In this document: positions 52,275 through 64,000 of the stretch, piece after piece
Layout: every line of letters begins with the position of its first letter
Position numbering within the stretch: the stretch's first letter is position 1
Assembly: GCF_001194135.2 (NCBI RefSeq)
Contig: NC_068983.1
Span: 143,384,148-143,448,147, forward strand
Length of the DNA stretch: 64,000 bases
Direction: 5' to 3'
Origin: Octopus bimaculoides
Lineage: Eukaryota
The notes under the pieces: generated by a model
What the model saw: the letters and a program-made list of their open reading frames with translations, nothing else
What the model was told of the DNA's origin: nothing
Database searches by the model: none
Translations under genes and position numbers: made by a program

Positions 52275-54480
52275 TGGAGACCTCAGCAAACTAGCAAATG
52301 TGGAACACTGTTGGTTGCGGTCAAGAGTACGGCAGTCAATTCAGACGGACTAAGTGGCATCGAGTAACATTGGCAGGCGGTAAAGAAGGCAATCATCCCT
52401 GCTGCTAAGGAGACCCTAGGGCCCTGTCAGCTAGACGAAAGACAACGCCTGCACCAGCGACATCTACAGGAGAAGTCAGAAGTGCAGGGTCGCTTTTCCT
52501 GAAATTAAGTTCAAAGTGTAGAGAAGTGAGATTGTTGAAGAACGACTAGTGACGCAAGTAGGTAGGAGTTTTGCAGAGCATGGCTGACAAGCACGACTAC
52601 CACGGGCTGTTTACGGGACTGAAAATCATCTATGGTCCCCGGAGTAACACAGTGACACCAATCAAGTCAGTAGACGGGAGAAAACTACACACCGACCTTC
52701 AGGAGATCAGAGTTAAGTGGAAGGAACATTTCTGTAATCTACTCAAATCAGCAAAGATCCATTCAACCAGATGTCTGCAAATGGCTAGAGTGGCACCAGA
52801 GATAGATGATCTCTGCCATGAGATCCCCATGAGGGAGAAAGTCTTGAAGGTTAGGGCAAATCGCAAGACACCAGGCCAGGATGATGAGCCCTTAAACGTG
52901 TTCGCAAAAACTCCACCATGAGCTGTTGAGACAGTACAAGACTTGTCTTTCTTATGAGTGTGTACCCCAGAACTTCAAGGACATCCTGATAGTCACCATT
53001 TACAAAATGAAGTGGGGTGGAGCAGAATATGGGAACCACCGGAGCATTTCTTTGTTGGCAAGGTACTGGCAAAAATCTTTCTCAACCGACTGAAAAGCAT
53101 CTCAGAACAGGTCTTACTAAAGAGCCAATGTGGCTTCGGGCCAGAGAGATCAATTACGAACATGATCTTCACACTGCGACAGCTGCAAGAGAAAGCAGGC
53201 AGCGGAGTAACACCAATCCCTCTTCGTGGTGTTTGTGGACTTTTCCAAGGCATTCGATACGGCGGGCCGAGAAACTCTTTGGAAAGTACTAGAGACTTAT
53301 GAATGCCCTGAGAAGCTTGTTAACATCAAGCAGTTCTACGCAGGAATGAAAGGACTAGTCTTGGCGGAGAATTTAGTGAAGCGTTTGCAACCAACCACGG
53401 TGTGTGCTTGCCCCTACATTCTTTCTTTATCTCGCAGCTGTGCTTGATACTACGAGGGTCAATTTGCACAATGGAGTTTTCATCCACACTAAAACCGAGT
53501 TCAATTTGGCCTGTCTTCGTCCCTCCACCAAAATCAGGGAAATGTGTGTCAAAGAGACTCAGCAACATTGAGGACATGCAATACATTGTGAACTGGTTTT
53601 CTTGTGCAGCAAACAAGTTTGGCCTCAAGATTAACACTTCGAAAACTGAATTTCTCTACTAGTCTCCACCAAGATGTCCTAATAGATTGAGAGAGCCTGA
53701 GCCAATGGCAGTACACGGAGATCCCCCAAAGTACACCAAGTCCCTTACCTATCTAGTCTGCGCAAGGATTTGCACTAACTCTTCTGACCTCGAAGTTGAG
53801 AGAGGAATACAGCCTGTCACAAAAGCTTTTGGCTCTCTCAAGAAGCATCTATAGAGCTACCATGACACTGCCCACAACACGAAGATAAAAGAATACAGTG
53901 CCGCAGTGCTCCCTTGCCTCCTCCATGTCATGGAATCCATGGCCCTCTACCACAGGAACGTCAAGGCCCTGACGCACGTTCAACTTCGTAATCTGTGTTC
54001 TATCTTGCATATCAGATGGCAGGATCGCATAGCTGATGCAGAGGTCCTGTGCAGCACTGGCGCAGGTACTGTGGAGGTTCTCATTACCTCATCGCAGCTG
54101 TGCTGGGCAGGACATGTTTGCAGGATGGAGAGCGGTAGGATCCCAAAGGCTGTTTTCTATGGTAAACTGTGTCGGAGTAGGTGGAGCCGTGGTGACCTGA
54201 GGTTGCTATACAGGGATGTACTGAAGAGATATGGAGAATTCCGACATCTCCCCAGGCACTTGGGAGTAGAAGACTGTGACGCTGAAGCTCGTAATTCCAG
54301 GCATTGAGGAGAGACAACAGAGAGAATACGAAAGAGCACAGAAAACGCATCATTCCGTTGCGTCAAGTGGCTTCACCTGCAGCTGATGTCATCGCTGCTG
54401 CATATCATCAAGAGGAGGCCTTGTAGCCCACATGCAAGTTTGGCAGAGAGGATTACTGAACAATAATTCACGTCGACCTA
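52275..54480 (+). mobile_element. Degenerate RTE-BovB-like LINE ORF2 (about 2.2 kb)
   Basis: LKIIYGPRSN..PIKSVDG, QCGFGPERSITNMIFTLRQLQEK, FVDFSKAFD, FGLKINTSKTE, ILHIRWQDRI..EVL and WAGHVCRME..IPKAVFYGKL; many frameshifts. Confidence 0.92.
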
Positions 54481-54554
54481 CGACAAACAGCTTTAGAAGA
54501 ATATTTCTCTCTCACTCTCTCCCTCCCTCTCATATAACAGGGTCAATGGCGATT

Positions 54555-54725
54555 GATAGTTGATAGCCAAAGGGATACAATCTCCTTTGTTGACGTCAAC
54601 CTCTCAGAGTGTAATGGATGCTTTTAAGTGCCACCGGCACGGGTGCCAGTTATGTGACACCAGCATCAGCCATGACTACGATTTCACTTGGCTTGACGGG
54701 TCTTCTCAAGCACAGCAGATTGCCA
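54555..54725 (-). mobile_element. RTE 3' UTR fragment
   Basis: actacgatttcacttggcttgacgggtcttctcaagcacagca is the reverse complement of the segment seen at 37195-37260. Confidence 0.75.
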
Positions 54726-54765
54726 AAGGTTGCGCTCACCAGTCATTGCTTCTATGAGATGAGAT

Positions 54766-54777
<12 letters not shown>

Positions 54778-54811
<34 letters not shown>
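54778..54811. repeat. (AT)n microsatellite
   Basis: Visible run. Confidence 0.95.
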
Positions 54812-54813
<2 letters not shown>

Positions 54814-55490
54814 CACATTGTTTGCAAGTAGATAAATGATGATGTATGTGTGAATGACGTACGCACAACTTTTCAATGAAATAAGATTCCCCCTTAGAGA
54901 CGGAGTTGAGGTGGAGGGAAAAAGAGATCATTGTTGGTGGCTATTAGAGAAAAGGAAAGACACTGAAGATTTTAGGAATTAATTTTATAAAAAAACAATT
55001 TTGCCTGCTGAAGTGTGTAGGTGGAAATCTAATGTCTGTTAGCAGATTAGGTAACAACTACAGACACTTCCGTCTTATTTGACCAAAACAGCGAGTCTTC
55101 ACGAGAAAACTTTAATGTTTCATTAATCTATTCTATTTAGTATACGTATTAAGTAAAATTTTTCATTATTTGAAATTACTCGCTGAAAGACTTTATCAGG
55201 GACATATCAAAGAAAAGTTTCGAAAATCCTTCGTTGATATACTACCTTATAAACCTCTCTCTACCAAGAAAGGTTAAGTAACGGAAGAGCTGTTTTTATC
55301 AACAACAATATAAATAAATGTGCCCTAATTTTTAACAGGGGTATTGAGTCATCTGCAGTAGAGACCGCTTTCCTGTCGTGTGCTAAGGTCAAGTCAATTT
55401 GGCAGAGGTTATCTCTATCAAAGCTATTAGCTATTGTCGGAAATAAAATATGAAAAGAAACATCGCTAAACAGGCAGCCAAGTTTTACAA

Positions 55491-55545
55491 AACACACGCA
55501 CGCACACACACACGCACACGCACACGCACACACACACACACACAC
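55491..55545. repeat. Mixed (CA)/(CG) alternating purine-pyrimidine tract
   Basis: acacacgcacgcacacacacacgcacacgcacacgcac... Confidence 0.9.
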
Positions 55546-55742
55546 CAATAGGCAATAAGTGTAAATTAACAATTAATTAATCGCATCGCTTCTAATTAAG
55601 TGCGAGTCAATACATCAGTGGCAAATTCAACGTCATGCTTTTTGTCTGCTGAGTAAATACACAGCTAAACATTTTACATTTTTATGCACTGAATAAATGT
55701 TTCATTTCCTTAATGAAATAAAAATTAAACTAAAAATTTATT

Positions 55743-55975
55743 TATCATCATCATCGTTTAACGTCCACTTTTCCATGCTTGCAAGGATCAGACGGGATTT
55801 ATTGAAGCAGATTTTCCAGTCAGATGCCCTTCCTGTCGCCAAGCTTTACACGTTTCCAAGCTAAGTTATTTTTTCCCCGTTTACAGACATGTTTTTCATG
55901 GCAGACTGGGAATGAACAGCATCGCATATATAACGGTGATACCTATTCACAATCATCACACGATGTCAAGTGTAC
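55743..55975 (-). mobile_element. RTE-tailed repeat variant
   Basis: catcatcatcgtttaacgtccacttttccatgcttgc...agatgcccttcctgtcgccaa; a related copy lies at about 17060-17300. Confidence 0.75.
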
Positions 55976-56249
55976 ATACAATTTTTTTTTTTAAATCACC
56001 GTTATTTCTAAAAATAGAATCATTTAAAAAATAAAAATAACGCTGTTTTAAACTAAAGGAGGCANNNNNNNNNNNNNNNNNNNNNNNNNNNNNNNNNNNN
56101 NGGGGGGGGGGAGCATTCTCAAAAAGCAAATTGCCGCAGCAATATTTCGCGATTTTGGTTTTCTTTCTTAACGAAATTTTTGATCTGTGATATACTGTTC
56201 TATTATTACTTCTTTCCCGAAAGCGGCGAGTTAGCAGAATCATAACTGC

Positions 56250-56410
56250 GTCGGACTTGCGATATTTATTTGACTCTTTACTTTCCAAGTTCAAATACCA
56301 TGCAGGTCAACTGTACTTTTCATTCTTTCCGGTCGATAAAATAAACCAGCAGTTAGGTTCCCTCTCACTGAAATTGCTGGACTTGTGCCCAAATTTGAAA
56401 CAATTACTTC
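56250..56410 (+). mobile_element. SINE family A
   Basis: ggcgagttagcagaatc (56225)...agttcaaataccatgcaggtcaactg...ccggtcgataaaataa...cttgtgcccaaatttgaa. Confidence 0.75.
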
Positions 56411-57305
56411 CTAATGATTCCATTCATTTTCAAGATGTCTAAATGTTTGTCTTTGATTTCACCCCCCTCCTTTTTCATTGAAATATGACATTTGCTCTAC
56501 GAATAATGCTATGACGGTGAATTTTTACCGATGTATTGGCTCACTATGTAATTACCTTGGGATAAAATTACCGGGTGATGAAATTACATGCCATGCAATT
56601 TATACAAACTGACACCTTCCCTTCAGTTGAGCATGCATGTGCGCGCGCGCGAGCGTTCCCTATAACATTAATGATATGACCTGACTATTTAAGATACAAA
56701 ATATGACCTGACTGTATTTAAGATACAAAAAAAAAATAAGTATCCAATTATATTTTTCCTTTTTGACGTTAAATTAAAGTGTACACTAATGTAAACATCT
56801 TTTTCATTACTGTTACAATTTCTCCGTTAACAAATAGGCTAACTAGGTGACTATGTGACCTAGCTTTTATTTGCTTAAAAAGTAGATAAGACAGAAGAAA
56901 ATTATGAGAGAAGAAGGAGAGGGAACAGAGAGAGTGAGATTACTTTTCAAGAACATAACCTTTTCAATCCAAGGAGGTCAAGCCTTAGTTGCTAAAACTG
57001 TTTATCAACAGAATTAAATTGATAAGAATTTTGGTACAACTTTTTATTAAAGACAAGTTTTAACTGTATTTGTCTCCTCGACAAGAGTAGATAGCTTGCT
57101 TACGTGTTTCAATTAATACAAGATAATCAAGAATTTAGAGGAGTCTAGCATCATAATCATCTGAGTTTGGTAGTACATTAAGCTGGAATTCTGAACACAA
57201 CTTCTAAAATAAAACATTCTCATATGAAAGTTTTAAGTATCGAAATACCAGTGTTGTTTTTATAATTAGATATAAGATTTGAAGGCATACCTACACAAGT
57301 GTTAA

Positions 57306-57674
57306 CCCCTCCCCGCTACGATTTTGTTTCCTCATAACTTTCAGAGAAATGCGTATCTTTTAATGAAATTTTCTACAAATACTTTACAGATGGTGTATAC
57401 TATGATTATATCGGAATTTAATGTGAAAATAAAATCAGTCGGCGCGCACACAATCATATATTATCTACAAAATGAAACTTGAAATTTTGAAAACATTATG
57501 TGATGTGAAGTGTATTTGTACGTGTGCGCGCCCACCGATTATGCTTTTTCACGTTAAATTTCGATATAATCGTAATTTACATTATCTGGAAGGCATTTGT
57601 AGAAAATTTCAGTATAAAAAAAAAAAAACCCTATTTTTCACAAATTTATGTAAAGACGAAGTCGGTGGTGAGGG
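57306..57674. mobile_element. piggyBac-like foldback MITE, about 370 bp
   Basis: Starts TTAA|CCC and ends GGG|TATA. The arms (about 150 bp) are imperfect inverted repeats sharing gaaattttctacaaat, gattatatcgRaattt and ggcgcgcacac. Confidence 0.65.
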
Positions 57675-60604
57675 TATATCATACTGAAAATAGGTGGTTT
57701 CAGACAGAGACCCAGGGCCATTCCAAGCAAGGCGATACAGAAAGGGTTTTAAAGAATCTCATGGATTAATTCACTCCTCAACTTTGCTATACACAAAATC
57801 TTTTTATATACATACAACAACACTCAAAGTGATAGTTTTGTCTATATACGGTTAAGAACTTTCACAGCATGAGAAATTAACTGTTTAGATAGATTTCTTA
57901 TCCCAGACTTACTGAACATCTTTCAAATCCCAGCAACGGAAGAAAGTACGAAATTGTACATTTAGCACTATGCTGCATCTTAAATTCCATTGTTCAATCA
58001 CCTTGATGTATACCGACTTAGAAAAATTTCACAAACCATGTGTAACATTGAAGAGTCTTCCATTGGAACTCTATTGTAATTAAATCTATACATGTTCCAC
58101 ATTGTATTAACACCTTGTAAAAAAACACATTTATCTGTAAACAAAACGTAAATACAGATATAAAAGAAATTCGAAGATAAGGCAATTTCCTCATCTCTCA
58201 TTCCCTCACAAAGTATTGTTAATATATGGCAAGAACAATTTTACTTTCAAATGTTGGTCTCCTCTTGATTAAGTATTGGAGCTCTGCAGTTACAAGCCGT
58301 AGCCATTTCTTCAATGATTCAAATATTCATTCTCAAGCCAACAAGGGGAGTGAGCCTCTTTGTTATGGCTTCACATGCGAAAAATTGCAGCTAATTCTCT
58401 CCCTCATAATACTATCATTTAAAAGAAAAATAACTCTCATTGGATGTCATCCTAGATTGACTATATCAGAATAAAAGACGTAGTAGTTAAGTAAATTAAT
58501 TATATTCACTTATTGTTTTGATATTTTAATTACTTTTTGAGGTGGTTTTGTCTACTAATTACGAGGTTTATCTAAGTTTTTCAACTCATACTACATATGT
58601 AAGAGGCTAGCAAAGGATTTGTATATTAATACAATCCAAAATACCCGGCGTTACCAAAGGTGAAGTCTTGAGATATATGTCGGAACGTAATTTAAAGTAT
58701 AATAAAGTTTCTGGATAAACATCTTTTGATTTCCGACTAAATGAGGTAAACCTAGGTAGTTCTCGATGCGAATCAGAACCGGATTACAGGTTCAATCCAC
58801 AGAAGATTCTCCAGTTCTTCACCCCCTAACCCTGCTCGGTAGTGACCACGATTTGCATAAGCAAGCCAATCTAATCTTATGATTTTGCAGACTTATGTCG
58901 ATTTTGTTATCGTTTGGTCTCCAGGTCAACGCTGATCCAACAATCCTGTAATCGAACATAATTCAAGCGTGTCTTTTTCTTCTTCGTTAGGCAGAGTACA
59001 ATTAACGCAACATTATCCAAAGGTCATTTTCTCACACAGTAGGACGAAATTTGAGGACAATTTGGTTGCTACTTTCCTATTGCCACTGGGTCGAACAACT
59101 ATGTTGATTTTCGGAAAAGAGATAACAGAGAAGAAGCAATGCGGAACGAACACACACGCAGGACAATAGACGGAGGAAGGTAGGATTAGATTCAAGAGGA
59201 AATGATAAAATGAGAAGGCGCTATATTGCCCCACATGTGATATAGAATTGAGAATTACAAAAGCAGTAATTTACAAGCAAACCGGAATATTAAAAACTCT
59301 TATGTTTCTTTTCTTTTTCTTTATGTAGCCTTACAAACTTAGTGGCTATTGACTGCATAAAATCTTATAGATAAATGGTAATTTCTGTTTGTTACTATCT
59401 TGTTGCCTATACCAATGAACCAATCTTGAAGAAATTTTGCATACATGTTAAACTAACATCCAGTTGAATTATAGGCTAACTGGATTTCAAAAAAAAAAAA
59501 CTACAATGGGCCCCCTAAGGGGTGGCTGTAACTCATGTTTACAAATCAATAGCACATCTGATATGAATTAAGTAAGGCTTCTGTAAGGCTCAACCATGCA
59601 CTCCTTCATGTAAACAGCGAGCGACCTTTGTGAGAACAAATCCAAAAAGGAAAACAATTCTACATGCAGCGCCCGTACGACACGCTAAGGTCACATGGGT
59701 ATACTAAGGTCACACGGTCAATTGCAGGATTCGTGGAAAGGATATGGAACAATGAAATGAAAAATGACCTGGAAGTTGGTTCACCATGAGATTAATTTGA
59801 AGAATTAAACCCAAATCACCATAACATACTAATTATTTTTTATCGCGCAACACGAGATATGGCCACGCTACGATAAATTACGACACGCAACAATGCCAAA
59901 CTATTTGTCAATGCATTTGTAAATCTATTTATCTAATTTATTTTACTCAAATGTATATTCGTTTGTTAAAATAATATAGAGACATTCCTTATCCACCCAC
60001 TAATCGTATTAATAGTTTGTAATACCTGTTTTTAGCAATAAACTATTACCATAAAGATTAAAATATTTAATGGCTTAATTACACCTAACTAATTCTAAAA
60101 TTTATATATTGACATAGGAATAGGAGCGGAACTAAAACGGGAACGGAATAGGATATGAAACATGGGAACAGGAACTGGAAATAACCCACGTTTTTCCAGG
60201 GTATTCCCGGGTAATTTAGCTAGTATATACGCATATAACAGAGTCTTTCACTCGAAAATAGATAAGCAAAGACAATATATATCAGCAGATTCGATGAAGC
60301 TCTGGGCCAAATTCCTTACGGTGTTTAGTTACAACCCTTTATATTTTGAGCTCAAATTTACGTGTCTTTCGTTCTTCAGGGATCGGCAAAAACTACCATT
60401 CAAGAACTAGATATATTCGACTGTTCGCCTCCCACAAAATATGTGGAGTTGTACTTCTGTAAGAAACCATTATTATAATACACATCCATACATAATTATT
60501 ATATTAATTACGCTTACAGAGGGTGCTTAAGTTCGTTTCTATATTGTTTCTGTTGTGACATTTTATGTTCAATAAGCCTTAAATAAGGTTCTACACGTTA
60601 ATCT

Positions 60605-60810
60605 TTAATGATTGGTCGTTTGACCTATCACGTGAATTTGGAACATTTGGTTGAGCCTCGTATTTTGATTGGCCGAGTATTGCGCGGGATATGGATCTGA
60701 CGTTTAATCACGTTGTGCTTAATACATCCTCAAACAATTAATCTGAATCATCGCTAGAACCTACACTCTGCTTATAAATAGTTATGTCAAATCATTTGAG
60801 CAGTGAGAAG
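60605..60810 (+). promoter_or_regulatory. Pol II promoter-like motif cluster
   Basis: TGATTGGTC at 60609, TCACGTGA at 60628, TGATTGGCC at 60666, TGACGT at 60698, TATAAATA at 60773, and a CAGT initiator-like A at 60802 (29 nt after the TATA). Confidence 0.4.
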
Positions 60811-61799
60811 AGAGATTTCCTAGAGCACGCGTCATATTTTCCTGCTGTTACAACGAAGCACTTGTAACCAACGATAATTCAGAGTTGATTTATCCGAACC
60901 GAATCTGTGGTGTGTTATTTCACAACAATCGGAGCCATGCCTCATGCGGCCCCATGCATGTTCTCTGATATACTAAAAGAGGAGGTTGTTGCCACTGGAA
61001 CAGTTTTTCATCATATGTTGTCCGATCCGCGCTGAGTTTAAGCTAAGCAACGATGACCAAAGTTTCGGGCCTATCGACACTTTGCGAGCAGTGATAAAAA
61101 TGGATTTTGAGAAACATGGGTATGCTAAGATCCGTGAGTCTGGAGTTAGACACTATAAACCTCTTTCTCCCGCCCGTGAAGTGAAAAATTGAACTCCGTC
61201 CATCTGTATGGTCACCAACACTATCATTTCCATCAATGCTTCTAAATGAACCTGGATAGTCAAGAATTGGTTCTCCTTCCCCACATCACGATTTGTGGCC
61301 TCCTGCCTGTTGGATATTACTAATTATATTAAGAGTGGTCATATTCTTATCGAAACCAACAAGATCGATATTCTATTATCTTTATTATATATTTATTTTT
61401 TTTATCTAAATAACTATATGGACTAGTGCCCATCTATATTTTGGCAGTTTAGGATGAAATTCGAACCAACTACTTTCATTGTTGATAATCCATCGAGTTT
61501 TGTTTACCTCTCCTGTTTAACACCAGGTCAGCCCTATTTGAATAGACAAGCGATTAAAGAGCGTCTAGCTGTGATTATCGGTGTATTGAAGACCACATTT
61601 TTCAATGTGTCCCATCCTTCAAGATAGACGGGTATGTTTTTGTGTGTGCGGATTTGGCTGATATTTCTAGTAAAAAGAACGGCCACACAGAGGCTTCCTC
61701 GCTGGACTGTATCTATTTAAATGCTATAATTTGTTACCACAGTACAGTTTCCTCTCTCTGCACTGTTTCTGTATATATTTATTTACAATGCAAATAAGC

Positions 61800-63065
61800 A
61801 GTCGTTCTCATGCAAAACATCGTAGAGAGGATGGATAACAACCCCGACTTCAGTGCGACTGATCGATTTGGATCAATCGAAAGCTTTCGATTGGGTCGAT
61901 TCTCAATGCAGTTAGTTTCAGTGCCGTTTTCAGAGGCTGAATCGCTTTAATGTACAGCAGCATCAACATGGTGGTCAAACTAAAAAGCATCGGATTGAAC
62001 ATCGGATCAATTTTGAATCACAGTTTGTATGTGAAACACTACTACGAAAACTAGGTGTTAGGGGGATGCACTTTGTTCCTATTGGGACGTAGGAGAGCCG
62101 TGTTGGTATATACGGAAGACACCAATATAATGGTATCGGACACCACGGAAGTCGAGGTAGTTGGCACTAATCTAAAAGATTAAGAGATTTTGAAGGAAGC
62201 AAGAGTTAACTAAGCAAGCTGGAGAATTTGCAGCTCGGTGCCTGGGAGGGTAAATCCATCTTGGCGAAGCATCGTGAGGTACCACACCATGTTTGAATTT
62301 CTCTTTGGCTAGAATAGAACATCTACTTTTCTTGTGAAAGGGGGCACGTTTCACTGGTCGGACGAGTCATCTATTTCCAACCCTCTCTGCGCAATCGGCT
62401 CGATATGCTCTGACTGATGGTACGTAGACATAAACTGAGGAATATGCAGAGATTCTACCTTGATGAGCAGGTGTGATCGATTTGCAAATCTTTCCACAAC
62501 TCATCTCTTGACGGAGCTGCAATCCTGGATCAGTGAAGGTAATGGTAATGTTACGAGGCGCTCAGAGCTCTAAAAGAATACGAGGTGGAAACAAAAGCAA
62601 AAATTAAGCAAGTTCGATACCTGGGAAGGAAATTCCTTGTTGGACAACGAGGTCAGTAGATCTTCCACATTAGCTTTCTATAGATGATTGGTGGTAGGGA
62701 AGAGTAACTAAGTTCTCGCAGAAACTAAGTGTCTATTACATTGGTCTATAACGGAGGACTTTATTAGGCTATAGGGAAGAAAACTGCCGACTAAAATCTA
62801 AAGGTATGAAGGTGCCGACAGAGATACGCGAAGAGCGACAATGTAGTTCCACATTCATTTGTTCAGTATTCAACCGAAACTGACTTGTGGAGTTATGTTG
62901 AACAACTGTTGTTGCATGTAGAACGGATTTGGATATCGGCCGCGATCATTGTGAAAATCGCTCTGCCACATTCATTCGGTAAGCAAGCGTCGGTAGTTTT
63001 CCTATTTAGTGGCTATGACGAAAGAAGTTGCATGTTGAACACGAATAGACATATAGAGGCAGATT
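61800..63065 (+). mobile_element. Degenerate L1/Tx1-clade LINE RT fragment
   Basis: LIDLDQSKAFDWVD at 61859-61900; decayed YADD as VYTEDTNIMVSD at 62106; C-terminal LWSYVEQLL..V.RI.ISA..IVKI. Confidence 0.8.
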
Positions 63066-63905
63066 AGGAGAAACGTTAGAACATCGGGAAAATGTTTTGC
63101 GAGCATTTGTGTTCTGAATTCAAATCCCACTGCGATTAATTTTACCTTTTATCCCTACAAAGTCGATAAAATAAAGTGCCAGTCAATTAATGGGGTTGAT
63201 TTAATCGACTGATTCCTTCCCCTCAAAACTACAGGCCTTCTACTTAAATAAGAGACATTATTATTGCTGACGCTGGCAAAAACGTTAGTACGCCGGGCGA
63301 AATGCTTAGCGGTTTTTCGTTTGTCTTTACGTTCTGAGTTCAAATTCCGCCGAGGTCGACTTTGCCTTTCATCCTTTCGGGGTCTATAAATTACTGGGGT
63401 CGATCTAATTGACTGGCTCCCTCCACCAAAATTTCCGGCCTTGTGCCTAGAGTAGAAAAGATTATTGCTGACGGCGGCAGAATCGAGAAAGTGTCATGTA
63501 GTATTTAAGTTTGATATCTTCTTTATGTCCAGAGTTCAAATTCCAACCAGCTCGACTTTAGCTTTTCTTGTCAATAAAAACAAGTTATCGTCAAGTATCG
63601 AGTTAACCAATTACATGTCCCCAACCCCACTTCCATAATAAAATCCACGGTTTTGTGCTTATGTTATTATACACCACTGAAAAGGCGGCGAGTATGACAG
63701 AAGAGTTAACTTGTCAAACAGAATGCTTCGCGGCGTTTCTTCTGAATCGTTACGTTCTGAGTTCAAGTTCTGCAGAGGTCGACTTTGCCTTTCGTCCCTT
63801 TCGGAGGTTGATAAATAGGTACCAGTTAAGACTTGGAGACGGTGTAAATCGACCAAACCCTTTCCCTCAAAACTGCTGCCCTTGTGCCAAACATTAAAAA
63901 GAATT
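63057..63905 (+). mobile_element. Head-to-tail array of four SINE family A copies
   Basis: Copies at about 63057, 63273, 63470 and 63683, each with gttctgagttcaaatt..gtcgacttt; copy 2 is flanked by a 13-bp direct repeat. Confidence 0.9.
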
Positions 63906-64000
63906 ATATACTGCTGATATTTAACCAGTGATTTTAACAGCCGAGTATATTTAAATATTTGTCATATCCAGCTGGGCGTTGACCACAAGATGTTTGTGCA

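Larger units (their letters stand above)
19377..56101. other. Six assembly gaps: 19377-19447, 32290-32349, 40877-40886, 42233-42446, 46177-46186, 56065-56101
   Basis: Runs of N. Confidence 1.

Noticed and set aside
56674-56730. 27-29-bp tandem duplication and the nearby (GC)n run at 56640
   Set aside because: Ordinary slippage products with no further structure
57913-57978. MQHSAKCTISYFLPLLGFERCS followed by GTAAGT on the minus strand
   Set aside because: SAKCTI loosely echoes SGRCTL, but the remainder and the length do not fit NKAIN exon 1
59685-59720. Two ctaaggtcaca repeats plus CGGTCA (nuclear-receptor half-site-like)
   Set aside because: Too short to distinguish from a small slippage duplication without functional data

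Overview
AT-rich eukaryotic genomic DNA from a gapped scaffold. The repeat families point to an octopod cephalopod, most likely Octopus; this is an inference from recognising the SINE and RTE sequences. Only one host coding segment is well supported: a 138-nt phase-0/0 exon on the minus strand (4774-4911) encoding [46 protein letters not shown], which corresponds to coding exon 2 of NKAIN (Na+/K+-ATPase-interacting protein). Its neighbouring coding exons could not be found. The rest is intron or intergenic DNA packed with transposon fossils: RTE and BovB-like LINEs, an L1/Tx1 fragment, a decayed Gypsy pol, a DD37D (maT) Tc1/mariner, a probable solo LTR, hAT, piggyBac-like and foldback MITEs, three SINE-like families and microsatellites. 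Structure worth a second look: a CpG-poor to CpG-rich transition near 44-47 kb, roughly matched by a flip in SINE orientation; two promoter-like motif clusters; an 11-nt candidate microexon on the NKAIN strand; a direct-direct-inverted local repeat; a 99-bp hairpin; and nested insertions at microhomologies. No CRISPR array, rRNA or genuine tRNA gene was seen. I found no convincing novel multi-gene system. All counts and alignments were done by eye, and most TE boundaries are approximate.
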